From the NCBI GenBank assembly GCA_025786725.1, contig JAHLTZ010000006.1:186001-250000 (forward strand): a stretch of DNA of 64,000 bases. The letters are read 5' to 3'. This DNA is from Syncephalis fuscata S228 (lineage: Eukaryota; Fungi; Zoopagomycota). The position numbers and the translations under genes are program-made. How positions within the stretch are numbered: position 1 is the stretch's first letter; each line of letters starts with the position of its first letter. Under the pieces are notes generated by a model. The model ran no database searches. It had not been told where the DNA came from and saw nothing but the letters and a program-made list of their open reading frames with translations. This document shows, piece by piece, positions 51,765-64,000 of this stretch.

Positions 51765-53107
51765 TTACTCTTCATCGTAGATTTCCTCCTCTTCGTAGTC
51801 GCCTTCTTCCTCGTCATCGACAGTGGCTTCCTGGTACTGCTGGTATTCAGAGACCAAATCGTTCATGTTGGATTCGGCTTCAGTGAATTCCATTTCGTCC
51901 ATACCTTCGCTGGTGTACCAATGAAGGAAAGCCTTACGACGGAACATAGCGGCGAATTGGTCGTTGACACGCTTGAACATCTCTTGGATAGCGGTAGAGT
52001 TACCAATAAAGGTCGATGACATCTTCAATCCCTTTGGTGGAATGTCACATACGGCAGTCTTGACGTTGTTGGGGATCCATTCAACGAAGTGTGAGCTATT
52101 TTTGTTCTGGATGTTAAGCATTTGCTCGTCGACTTCCTTCATAGAGATGCGACCACGGAAAATGGTGGCAACAGCAAGGTAGCGGCCGTGACGTGGATCA
52201 GAGGCAGCCATCATGTTGCTGGCGTCAAACATCTGCTGGGTCAAGTCGGGGACAGTTAGAGAGCGATATTGCTGCGAGCCACGTGAAGTCAATGGAGCAA
52301 AGCCGACCATGAAGAAGTGAAGACGTGGGAAAGGCACCAAGTTGACGGCTGTCTTGCGCAAGTCAGAGTTGAGCTGACCAGGGAAACGCAAGCAAGTAGT
52401 AATACCCGACATGACCATGGAGACAAGATGGTTCAAATCGCCATAACCTGGGCTGGTAAGCTTCAATGTCTTGAAGCAAATGTCATACAAGGCTTCGTTG
52501 TCGATACAGAAGGTCATATCAGAGTTTTCAACCAACTGATGGACGGACAAAGTGGCGTTGTATGGTTCAACCACAGTATCGGATACCTTTGGCGACGGGA
52601 GGACGGAGAAGGTGCACATCATACGATCTGGATATTCTTCACGAATCTTGGAAATAAGCAAAGTACCCATACCGGAACCGGTACCGCCACCAAGCGAGTG
52701 CGTAAACTGGAAGCCTTGCAAGCTGTCACAGCCTTCAGTTTCTTTACGACAACGTCAAGAACGCTATCAACTAACTCGGCACCTTCAGTGTAATGGCCCT
52801 TGGCCCAGTTGTTACCGGCGCCGGACTGGGCGTGAATAAAGTTGTCTGGACGGAACAGGCTGCCGAATGGACCTGAACGGATAGTATCCATGGTTCCGGG
52901 TTCTAGATCGACCAATACAGCGCGTGGCACATATCGGCCACCACCGGCTTCATTGTAGTAAACATTAATGCGTTCGAGTTGTTGGGCATTCTCGCCGTAG
53001 TAAGCGCCCTTCTCGTCGATCTTGTGTTCATCGGAGAGAACTTCCCAGAATTTGGCACCAATCTGGTTACCACATTGACCGGCTTGGAGATGAACAATTT
53101 CACGCAT
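51765..53107 (-). CDS. TUB2: Beta-tubulin, intronless; 1-nt deletion at ~52748 (probable assembly error)
   Basis: [24 protein letters not shown] and acidic tail. Restoring one C (GTC CGT AAA GAA) fuses ORFs 52619-53107 and 51765-52721 into [15 protein letters not shown]. Confidence 0.97.
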
Positions 53108-54471
53108 GATGACAAGCTAAACTAAAAGACAAGTAGTATGTGTGTATATAAGAAAGAGTAGCGGAAGATAAAAAGAGAGAGGAAAGCAAAGGAAAATGGA
53201 TGAGAAGCGCTAGATGTGTATGGACGGAGTCGTATGTGCATGTTATAGGTGAACGCGAGGAGACGCGTGCGGCTAGATACTACATTTGGCCACGCTCTGT
53301 CGTTCTCTCATTCTTTGTGAAACAATGACAGCCCAAGGCCTTCATTGGTCAACTGCACGTTCCATGCTGCCCATCTGTGTACATATGGGCGGCGTTTGCT
53401 TGGATATCGAGTGCTATTCTAGCGGTGTTATTTCAATCAGCCAATGGCACTAGATTGCATTTCCGGTCGATTTGGAGATCACAACAAACGAGTTATATGC
53501 ATTAATATGGATGCTATTGCCGTTAATGTTATTATTGCAGATGGCTTAGTATGGTATAGGCAGTTAATTAATGACTTATTAAAGACCTTAATGGCGTTTA
53601 GTAGCACAAATCCTATAGATTGAGTGGTAGTTGCTTTGGTGAGCTATTTGATGCACCATTTGTAAAATAGGTAGTATAAAGAAATGCCGCACAAATAGCA
53701 TGTGCACAATGTAGCGAATGTTATGCGTAACACTATAAACATTTTATTATTATTAAATACAATATAATAGAATATAGCGATAGATAATGTATCGATATAC
53801 ATATATATAATTTGTATATTTGTAGGTATATGTTCCTATACCAATATAATAGCGTGCAGTACCAAATTGATTAGTTTCTTTGCTATAGTTAAACACATTT
53901 GTTTATTGGCTAGTAGCGATACATTGATAGTAAACGTGTATATATTTTATTATATATGTATTTAGACAGACAGCAAAGGTATAAACCTCATTTATGAAAT
54001 TCAAATTACTTAATTGATTTGTGTAGCACTAAGCTGTAATTAATAACTGGTTCGTGTACTTAATTCAGTGCCTGATTAATTTAGTAAATATGATACAGCT
54101 GATATTGTTATTATACGATAAATAATGTTTATTTCTTTTATATAAACACTAGTTATTACTTGTGTGTTATTTATTGGTGATGATTGCTTAATTAGTTGTG
54201 TAAAATAACAATGATTTAAAATTGCACTCGATCTATATAATAATATAAATAACATTTTATATCATTTTTTTAAATTAATATTAGCACATAATCTTTAATT
54301 TTAATAGTTGTGTAATTTGTTAATTAAGCTGCCGTTTTTAATATTTATTTAATATTCAGACTACTATTATTACACATAGCCTATAGTTGATTTCAAAAAT
54401 AAGTAATTTATAATTGTATAAATTTAATTTTTGGTACCTATACTCAAAAAAACACAACATTTTATCCGAAA

Positions 54472-54544
54472 GCGACATTAGCTCAGTTGGGAGAGCGTTA
54501 GACTGAAGATCTAAATGTCCCCCGTTCGATCCGGGGATGTCGCA
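54472..54544 (+). tRNA. trnF-GAA: tRNA-Phe(GAA), intronless
   Basis: Acceptor stem GCGACAT/ATGTCGC, D-arm GCTC-AGTTGGGA-GAGC, anticodon arm TTAGA-CTGAAGA-TCTAA, T-arm CCCCG-TTCGATC-CGGGG, and an oligo-T Pol III terminator just downstream. Confidence 0.97.
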
Positions 54545-54638
54545 ATTCCTTTTTGCTCCTTTTGAATATTGCGTGACTGTCTTTTTGCTAAAAAGTTGCA
54601 GATTAAAAGTGCCACATCTGAGTTTATTTACTTTTACG

Positions 54639-55342
54639 CTGTCGGACTTTGAATTTCTGCTTGATTAATTTACACACCACACACCACTCCATCCAGCACT
54701 AAGTATTTACCATATGACTAGTCATATGAATTCACACCTGAGCTAACCCATGATTCTATGACGATCAACATCGTCAATATCATTGTCGACGTCATATTAT
54801 CATTATTACTATTATTATTATTATTACACGGTTATACTAATTATTTTAGTATATAAACCAACACATTTTATTAACAAATAAACAATATCTTACATCCAAT
54901 TGTTAACTGTCTTATCTATCACACACATTTTATTGATCAAGTACTAAGATAGTCAGAAAGTAGCGACTTTGACGACAATTTTTACCTAACAGCAATGTGG
55001 ATACTGTCGTCAAAGTCGCTATTATTTGGATAGCGCAATGTTTCTTTTAAATAATAAAGACTTAAAGGTAGATAAGACAAATGACAATTGGATATAAGAT
55101 ATTGTTTATTTTTTAATAAAATGTGGTGGTTTATATACTAAATAGGTACTTAGTATAACCGTGCAATAATAATAGTAATAATAATAATATAACGTCGACA
55201 ATAATATTGACGATATTGATCGTCATAGGATCATGTGTTATTTCAGGTGCTAATTCATATGGCTAGTCATATGGTACATATTGCCAAATGGAAGTGATTT
55301 GTGGTGTGTAAGTTAGTCAGGTAAAAATCTAAAGTCCGGCAG
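54639..55342. mobile_element. Degenerate foldback/MITE-like palindrome, about 340-bp arms with a 27-nt loop (54978-55004)
   Basis: CTGTCGGACTTT pairs with AAAGTCCGGCAG at the ends; TACCATATGACTAGTCATATGAATT pairs with AATTCATATGGCTAGTCATATGGTA; a perfect 17-bp TAGCGACTTTGACGACA stem lies next to the loop. Confidence 0.8.
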
Positions 55343-55929
55343 ATACTACGGCTATTAATTATTTATGTTAATAAACTATGATTATATTACTACATGGTCA
55401 AGTAGCAATATAATCAATTAATTAATTCTTTTTATTATTGTTTTACATATTCATTTATATACATTGTTACAGCTTTGACTAAATAAAGTATAGCTTAGAT
55501 GAACCAGTAACACTTTATTATGGCGTTACCCTATAGAGGTAGTTTCTGAGGCTTGTTAGTAATTAATGCTGATATTTGATATATGAATTATTCTTGTAAT
55601 TGTTCACATGTAATATACTTTTAATTATATGTTAATTTTTAAATATTCTATTATAATAGTATAAACATGATATCGGGATATTAACAATACGGTCATTGTA
55701 AAAATAATATTTTTATTTCTAATAGTTATTATTGCAACAAAATACTTTATTTAAAATATCTTAAAATGTTAATAAAACATTATTTTACAAATTTAAACGT
55801 AAAGTCATTGGTTCAATAATATGATATTATATAGAAATATTAAAAAAGTGACCTTAGTGTAATTATGCAATAAAGATGATATAATTCAATTTAAAACTAA
55901 TAGCAATTATTCAACAAATAAATGTTATT

Positions 55930-57404
55930 AAAATTGTTGCAATAACTTTGCGTGTAACGAAGCAAATTGCATGATATTTTGCACAAGTATACCTATGACA
56001 TATAGGTAGCTATTGCCAAAGTGTACCGTATTTGTATAAAGGAATGGTGTAATAGTTATACTAACATGCTAATAAATGTACAAAAATAGCAGTTTTTTAC
56101 GGATTATAAATCGTATGACTAAAAGATAGCAAAATGATTGCTAGATTCGAGTTCTCCGTGCTTAGTTATACAGATTGGTATGATTTATAGAACAACGATT
56201 TTTTAAAAATAATTAGTCAAAAATGCAATTTACGTATTTTTAATTTACTTAATAAATCATTGATATTACTAAGTATAACTTAACACATAATAAAGTAAAT
56301 TGCATGATATTTTGCACAAGTATACCTATGACATATAGGTAGCTATTGCCAAAGTGTACCGTATTTGTACAAAGGAGTGGTGTAATAGTTATACTAACAT
56401 GCTAATAAATGTACAAAAATAGCAGTTTTTTACGGATTATAAATCGTATGACTAAAAGATAGCAAAATGATTGCCAGATTCGAGTTCTCCGTGCTTAGTT
56501 ATACAGATTGGTATGATTTATAGAACAACGATTTTTTAAAAATAATTAGTCAAAAATGCAATTTACGTATTTTTAATTTACTTAATAAATCATTGATATT
56601 ACTAAGTATAACTTAACACATAATAAAGTAAATTGCATGATATTTTGCACAAGTATACCTATGACATATAGGTAGCTATTGCCAAAGTGTACCGTATTTG
56701 TACAAAGGAATGATGTAATAGTTGTACTAACATGCTAATAAATGTACAAAAATAGCAGTTTTTTACGGATTATAAATCGTATGACTAAAAGATAGCAAAA
56801 TGATTGCCAGATTCGAGTTCTCCGTGCTTAGTTATACAGATTGGTATGATTTATAGGGCAACGATTTTGCAAAAAATGTTAGTTAAAAATGTAATTCACG
56901 TATAAATTTGTTAACGAAAATGATTAACCATAATTTTACAATCTAATATTAAAAATTAAATTTGGATCAATTAAATTCAAAGCGCTTTACAATAATATAA
57001 CAATTATAATAGCAAGTTATTATGCAGAAATACCGATGTACAGTGGCAATTTATCTCATATGCATAACATATAACATAAAGTTTTATGAATTAATAACAC
57101 ATAAATCGCATTTTTGACTAATTATTTTTAAAAAATCGTTGTTCTATAAATCATACCAATCTGTATAACTAAGCACGGAGAACTCGAATCTGGCAATCAT
57201 TTTGCTATCTTTTAGTCATACGATTTATAATCCGTAAAAAACTGCTATTTTTGTACATTTATTAGCATGTTAGTATAACTATTACACCACTCCTTTGTAC
57301 AAATACGGTACACTTTGGCAATAGCTACCTATATGTCATAGGTATACTTGTGCAAAATATCATGCAATTTGCTTCGTTACACGCAAAGTTATTGCAACAA
57401 TTTT
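55930..57404. mobile_element. Long-TIR element (~300-bp inverted repeats) whose left arm is tandemly amplified as a 333-bp unit (~2.8 copies)
   Basis: Direct-repeat units start at 55964, 56297 and 56630. 57108-57404 is the near-perfect reverse complement of 55930-~56227. Confidence 0.85.
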
Positions 57405-58240
57405 GATTATTTTTACACTTTATTTTACACTACAGTGATGTGTGTCATGCTTGCGCATGTTTTACATAGTATTATATACCTATTTAAATAATAATAACGG
57501 TAAAATGCTATCTAATGCACATCATTGAAATACTTGGTATAGCTAAAATTTTCATATTATGATTATTAGACACTCATTAATTAAATAGCTAGTTACATAG
57601 TCACTATAATTATATATGAACAAGTACCGACACAATTGACCAATCCCTTCTTTCCTTTATATTCTAACAAATATTAGGTTTATTTCTATTCATTTTTTAT
57701 TTTTCTTTACTATTTAAAATTTAAAGAATAGCATGTCATTGTACTCGAATAGCGGAATAACCAATATATATATATACTACTTATTTGATAAAACAAATCC
57801 ATGAGTAGCCACCCAGTATTAAATGTTCTATTTTATTAATTACATGTCCTAATGTAACTTTCATATTATTATTAATGCTATTGCGCCTATACTCAGCAAT
57901 TTATTTTATCTCCTGAGGCGCCGCAACATTACGTATAACGGATAAGTCAATACAGTTTACTTTATTATGTATCCTGCACATAAATTATTGTTTGATCGCG
58001 TATAGTATAAGTATATAGATTTGGCAACCCTCATTTCTTTTTATTAATATCATTTCACGCAAATGTATTACTACGACTTAATTGGGGCTAAAGTGGCTAA
58101 TAGTGATATAGTTACATAAATGATAAGATATAGAAAACAAAGCAATATTTTATAATAATTTTTGGCATTAAATATACAATTTAATATAGTTTATTAGCCA
58201 TTTATTATGATCTGTGGTTGAAATCACCATTTTAATCATA

Positions 58241-58290
58241 TTTAATCTATTGAACATGCTGAGGGATGGTGAATGACATTAAATATCAAA
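58241..58290 (+). repeat. Solo degenerate CTATTGAACATG terminal module of the MITE family
   Basis: TTTAATCTATTGAACATGCTGAGGGATGGTGAATGACATTAAATATCAAA matches the modules at about 19003 and 19108. Confidence 0.65.
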
Positions 58291-59496
58291 TCATAATGCT
58301 TTGAATATTTTACAACAACAATAGTATTGATTAGCATTTATCTATTTATTATATTCTATTGCAAGTAACATGAAATATTATTTAATATCTATTTAATATT
58401 AAAATAGTACAAGCTGGCTCATCTTTACTTGATTTTAAAATAATTGACATAGCATTGCTTCAAAAAATCACTTGACGGTTTATTGTTACTACTAGATTAC
58501 TAAATAGTACACTATATTGTTATTTTAGTACATAACTGATGTTAACTATTTATCTTACTTTATATTAATTACTCTTTTGCTCAATATTACTTTTAGTGTA
58601 TATATTACATTGTAACAATGCAATACTAAATATTCTTGTTTTTTGCTTGTGATGTTATCGTAACATCAAATCTGCAGCCATATTAGGATGCTTGATTGTG
58701 TTCGTGAAACTAACGTGTCATTTTAATAGCCAATCAGTCTGCATTTGGTAGTCATTAGAACAAACGATTACAACACTAGCAAGTATTGACGCTACTAGTA
58801 ATGACTGAATGTATTTGTATTAACCTGCCAGTTTTATAATATATGCTGTACAAATTATTGCCGCTTTGTAATTTAGTATATGGTCTTAAATTCTTTGCAC
58901 GCGCTAATAAAGCAATTTTCTTCAATTTTACTCTAAACTAAACTGCTTAATTTTTTTGAATCGTTTAAATCAATACTCATTACTAAGCTGATCTTTATAT
59001 TTAATATGACTATCGACACTCAAGCTGAAATTAAACTATTTTTCTTACGTAAAGAAAGAGTATGCAAACATTTGCGAAAGATGGGAAGTGTTTAATTTAC
59101 ACTTAATGAAGAATCCTGACGGGCTATAAAGGTAAGTAAATATTAATTATTATTAAACCTATGTTTTAAAAATAATAACTTATCATTATAAACCAAAAAT
59201 TATTGGGCAGCAATAATACTCTTTGCAAAATAGTCAAAACAAAACTAATACAAATAGATTTTAATATAATTTATGTTTTGTTAATGTTAATAGTTGATCA
59301 TTCAGATATTTCCGCAGTCGAAGCAATATTGATTGAATCCAAATTAATCAAGTTGATCTGGCCCAAGTCACTACAGGGACCATTAATCCTACGTAGATAT
59401 TCTTGTTCTGTTATTAGCTATTGTCGCCATTCTCATCCCGTCGCTTCTTGTCGTGCCTGTCGGCTTCATACTCTCCATTCCTCTTGTTTATTTAAC

Positions 59497-62400
59497 ATGG
59501 TTTATTATCGATTAAAAGGTACAAGTTTTTAATGCAGAACTCGCGCTAACCTGTCTCATTAGACCTCATCAAAGCGGTGCGGTCTTGTAAAACAGCCGCA
59601 GATGAACGCGCCATCATACAGAAGGAATCGGCCGCGATCCGAACCTCGTTTCGCGAAGAGAGCTCCGATATGCGCTATATTAACATATCCAAGCTACTTT
59701 ACATACACATGCTAGGCTATCCGTCCTACTTTGGCCAAATCGAATGCTTAAAGCTAGTGGCCTCGCCTCGGTTTACCGACAAGCGCCTAGGCTACTTGGG
59801 CATCATGCTGCTACTGGACGAGAAGCAGGAGACACTCACGCTTGTTACTAACTCTTTGCAAAAGTAATGGCTTTTTATTATAGTATTTAATGTATACGTT
59901 ACTAACGATAATACAGTGACATGCATCACTCTAGTATGTATATTACTGGGTTGGCATTATGTACCATGGGCAATATTGCTTCATCAGAAATGGCGCGTGA
60001 TTTGTGTGATGAAGTAGAACGTCTTTTATCTAGTTCTAATGCATATGTCCGCAAAAGGTAATATTACACAATGGAGTTGTTTAGCAATAGCTGTATATTA
60101 ACACTGTATCAATCAACCAATTAGGCGGGACTATGTGCTTTACGTGTTATCCACAAGGTACCAGAGTTGTTAGATCACTTTTTAGAGCGTGTTGAGGTTC
60201 TGCTGGATGATAAGAACCATGGCGTATTGTTGACGGCCGTAACACTTATTGCAGAACTGTGCAAACAAAGCGAAGATGCTTTATCGCAATTTAGACGAGT
60301 AAGTAGCATGGATTTGGTTGTAATAATACGCAGGTAATATTATTATTCTAATTAACCATGTAACATATATAGATGGTACCAACAGTTATACGTCGACTAA
60401 AATCACTAATATCAGCCGGATTCTCACCTGAGCACGACGTCAACGGCATCAGTGATCCATTTGTTCAAGTCAATTATTGGGATTGCTGCGCATACTCGGT
60501 CATGGCGATACCGAAGCAAGCGAATTGATGAACGATGTATTGGCTCAGGTAGGCCAAAAGTTTTATTTGCCAATGAGTTTATTCGTTAATCTAATATTAA
60601 TTGATTTAGGTGGCCACCAATACTGATGGAGCCAAGAATGTTGGTAATGCTATTCTCTACGAAACTGTGCTGACCATTATGGCCATTGAGTCCGACCAAG
60701 CATTACGAGTGCTGGCCGTGAATATTCTGGGACGATTCCTTTCAAACAAAGATAATAATATTCGGTAATAACTATAATATACTGGTGCTTATAAATTGAT
60801 ATTAATACAAGCATTATTGTTACAATAGTTATGTAGCATTGAATACACTGTTGAAAACTATGGCTATTGATCATACAGCAGTACAACGTCATCGCAACAC
60901 AGTGCTAGAGTGCTTACACGATGCGGACATTTCTATTCGTCGTCGTGCTTTGGAGCTTTCATTTGCGTTAATCAATGAACAAAATGTGCGTGTTATGACG
61001 CGGGAGCTATTAGCATTCCTAGAAACAGCCGATGAAGAATTCAAGCCGAGTATGACAACGCGAATCTGTCAAGCAGCTCGTGAATATGCACCCAATCCTC
61101 GCTGGCATATTGATACCGTATTGCGTGTGTTGAAACTAGTAAGTATATGGACAGTCTAGCCGCTGAATAGCCAGCTTATTTATGTAATTAGGCGGGTAAT
61201 TCAGTAAAAGAAGAAATTCTAGCCAGATTCCTACGTCTGGTGAGCCAGACCAACGAGCTACACGGATATACTGCTCGTAAGCTATTTGTAGCTTTACAAG
61301 AAGACATCTCACAGGTAAATAGGCTTTATTAAGTACAAGCAAATCAATTGATTGGTATCATTGTAGGAAGCATTGGTATTGGCCAGTTTATGGACTATGG
61401 GAGAATATGGTGATATTCTTATTCAAGGTGGTAGCAGTTACGATGAAGAGAAGCTACAACAAGATGTAAGCTAATAGCTAATGTGGCAAATACTGTGTTA
61501 ATCAGATGATCACAAAAATATTAGATCTCTGAAAAGGATGTAGCTGACATGTTGGATACCATTGTCACTGGACCATATGCCACTACTACAGTGCGTGAAT
61601 ACGCCTTGACAGCGGCAGTTAAACTAACAGGAAGGTTTCAATCAACCAATGTACTAAAGCGATTGCAACAACTCGTTGAACGATATAAGACATCGTTGGA
61701 TATGGAAATACAGCAGAGAGCCGTAGAGTATGCCGCCCTCATTGGACTGGGTGACATTCGATCGGCTGTGCTTGAACGTATGCCAGTTCCGGAGTTTAAA
61801 GAAGAGAAAGCAACACCACTTATACCGCGTCCACCAGCATCTGGATCGGCAAACAAGAAAGCCACAACTGCTACTGACGATGTAAGTATTTATTAGCTAT
61901 TGATTTGATTTATTTAAACTAATTGTAATATATGCACTAAAGCTATTAGACTTTATGAAAGATGATGTGGCCAGTACATCTAGTATGGGCAATAGTGGTG
62001 CACAACAGACCACCTCTGGATCTAATGTGGCCACTATGAGCTTAATCACCGATATATTTGGCACCACAGATTCATCCAGCACCAGTGTAGCTTCACCACC
62101 TGCAACCTCATTGCTAGATCAACTTGGCGAATCACGTCAATCGATCCCAGCAACTTTGTCAAACGCCACCGGTTTAGGCATCGACTTAAGCACGGCACCT
62201 ACAACGTATACGGCCATCGACAAAGATGGATTCCAAGTGATATTAACACCAAGTAAAGATGGTCAAAATCCCAATGTGCTTAATGTACAAGTTAGCTTTG
62301 TGAATGCCGGTGTGGGCGCTACCGTCGATCAACTATTATTACAGGTGGCCGTACCAAAGGTATGTTAATATAACAGTGGCAATAACAACAAAGCAATTAA

Positions 62401-62681
62401 TAAAATGACTATAACATAGACACAAAAAATTCAATTTTTACCCGTGTCAAGTAACACGGTAAATCCCGGTCAAACAGCGCAACAAATGATTCGTATCGCT
62501 AATCCTAGCAAGGTAAACTAGATAGTCATATTGATTGCTTGATTGATTGAGCGTATACTAATTCAAATGTAATTAGACGGTGATTAAACTACGTCTTAAA
62601 TTGTCGTATAGGAACGTGTCAACGCAAAGCACTGTTGATGTACTAAGCGAATTTAGTGGATTTCCATCTGATATGCGTTAA
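59497..62681 (+). CDS. APL4: AP-1 complex gamma-adaptin, multi-exon; apparent 1-nt deletion at ~60472
   Basis: [88 protein letters not shown], and ear-domain QVAVPKTQKIQ. Stop at 62679-62681. Confidence 0.96.
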
Positions 62682-62845
62682 TAAATATTATTTCTAATAA
62701 AATAAGCAGAAATATGAATAATAACAAGAGGGAAAGAGGGAAATAACGATCTAAACACCAGAAATTATTGCACACTATTTGTTAATAGCTATTAAATAAA
62801 ATTACGATGAATTATTTACTAGTTTATTATTACAATTCTATGCCA

Positions 62846-64000
62846 TTAATCAAAACTCATATCCATACCACTATGTTCATCACTACTATCCACATGATGA
62901 ATAATGTTATTATTGTCACTGTCATCATCTTCATCATCATCATCATTCATAACATCTTTATCGGCAGGTGTGTTAAATACATTTAAACTGGCAGTTGGTG
63001 ATCGCCATTCCACTATACTGATTTCTTCTTCTTCTTCTAACCATACATTATGTTTATGTATAGGTTGATCATCTAATAATGGTATATCTGCAAGACCTCC
63101 TGCTGTTTGTTCTTCTAGAGCCATGGTTAATAACTCGGTGGTCATTGGATTATCGGGTAATATGCCTAATGCCTAGTATGAATAAGTAACACGTTATTAA
63201 ATTGATTCTAGTTATTGCTATAATGCTTACTTGATGATAATACTCATGGCCTTTACAATATCGCCCATAGCGTGATGTACATAGCCTAAACCGGTGTATG
63301 CATCAGATCGACGTGGACAACGGATCTTTAATTCAAAAAAGCATTTTTTAGCTTTTTCATAATTGCTATTAAGGCTATTAGTTATAGCCGAGGCGCGTTA
63401 ATATTTATTACTCACCCTAATTTACGAAAAGCATGGCCTAGATTCGCCCATAGCGCATCTTCAACCGATGGGTCATATTCAATACGTTTAATCTCTTTAA
63501 GCGTTCGTTCAAAGTATTCAATTGCCATATCATATCTAAATATGCTTATTAACAAAACATTAATAGTGCTTTAAACGACTTACTGTCCTTGCTCATAGTG
63601 AAGCACACCCAATTCATTATTTAATAAAGCATCTCGAGGACAAAGTTCCGCTGCACTTTTCAAATATTCTTGGGCCACATTTAAACTCTTTTGATACAGT
63701 AATTGCATACCAATAAATAGAGTGGGCAAATGTGATCTATACACTTATAGTAACCACTTGTCTGTATTCAATCAGTAAAACTTACCCGGGGAATAGACGA
63801 TCTGTGTCAGAGTAGACACGAATGGCCTGTTCGTATTCGCCTTCTTCGGCGAATGTATGGGCAAATCCAATAAGTGCCGGTCCATAATTGTTATCCAATT
63901 TTGATGCTTTACTATACAATAGATTAATTTATATATTCATTGATTAAATATATTATTTAGATATTACCCAAAATAGCGTCGTGCTTCAGCTGTTTGTTTA
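62846..64000 (-). CDS. CDC16: Anaphase-promoting complex subunit 6 (Cdc16/Cut9), 3' portion
   Basis: TPR exons ARRYFGKASKLDNNYGPALIGFAHTFAEEGEYEQAI, LFPGSHLPTLFIGMQ, LLNNELGVLHY, WANLGHAFRKLG, YHQALGILPDNPMTTELL. Confidence 0.92.

Noticed and set aside
52619-52760. Programmed frameshift or pseudogene in beta-tubulin
   Set aside because: No slippery site, the protein is otherwise fully conserved, and similar single-base losses occur in several unrelated genes, so assembly error is more likely.

Overview
Eukaryotic, AT-rich, intron-dense fungal DNA with short GT-AG introns (about 45-80 nt). An early-diverging fungus such as a Zoopagomycota/Syncephalis-like species is my inference, not proven. 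Housekeeping genes present: a membrane-anchored amidohydrolase, mitochondrial DnaJ (MDJ1), a LOG-family phosphoribohydrolase, an ankyrin-DIL protein, an alpha/beta-hydrolase-fold protein, enolase, an ankyrin-DysF-FYVE-RING protein, IST3/RBMX2, 5-unit polyubiquitin, an ABCA transporter, haspin kinase, beta-tubulin, tRNA-Phe(GAA), AP-1 gamma-adaptin and a partial CDC16. Repeats: a >=4.3 kb inverted duplication carrying an F-box-like gene, a MITE-like family built from a CTATTGAACATG terminal module (10 copies), two foldback elements and a 21-bp minisatellite. Main discovery: the apparent ~80-bp degenerate 'satellite' at 29.86-31.6 kb reads on the minus strand as 22 consecutive spliceosomal introns separated by 21 micro-exons (twenty of 3 nt, one of 6 nt). 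Spliced to an upstream signal-peptide exon, they give an uninterrupted 54-aa ORF, MKLSIAVICTLVVAFVASTSTVDAKSVLVDRR-SRACNLVCRDGYNLENCKCVKK*. This is a secreted, probably Kex2-processed, 4-cysteine peptide whose mature part is encoded at about one codon per exon. The six-frame ORF track cannot see it. Several frameshifts in conserved genes look like assembly indel errors.
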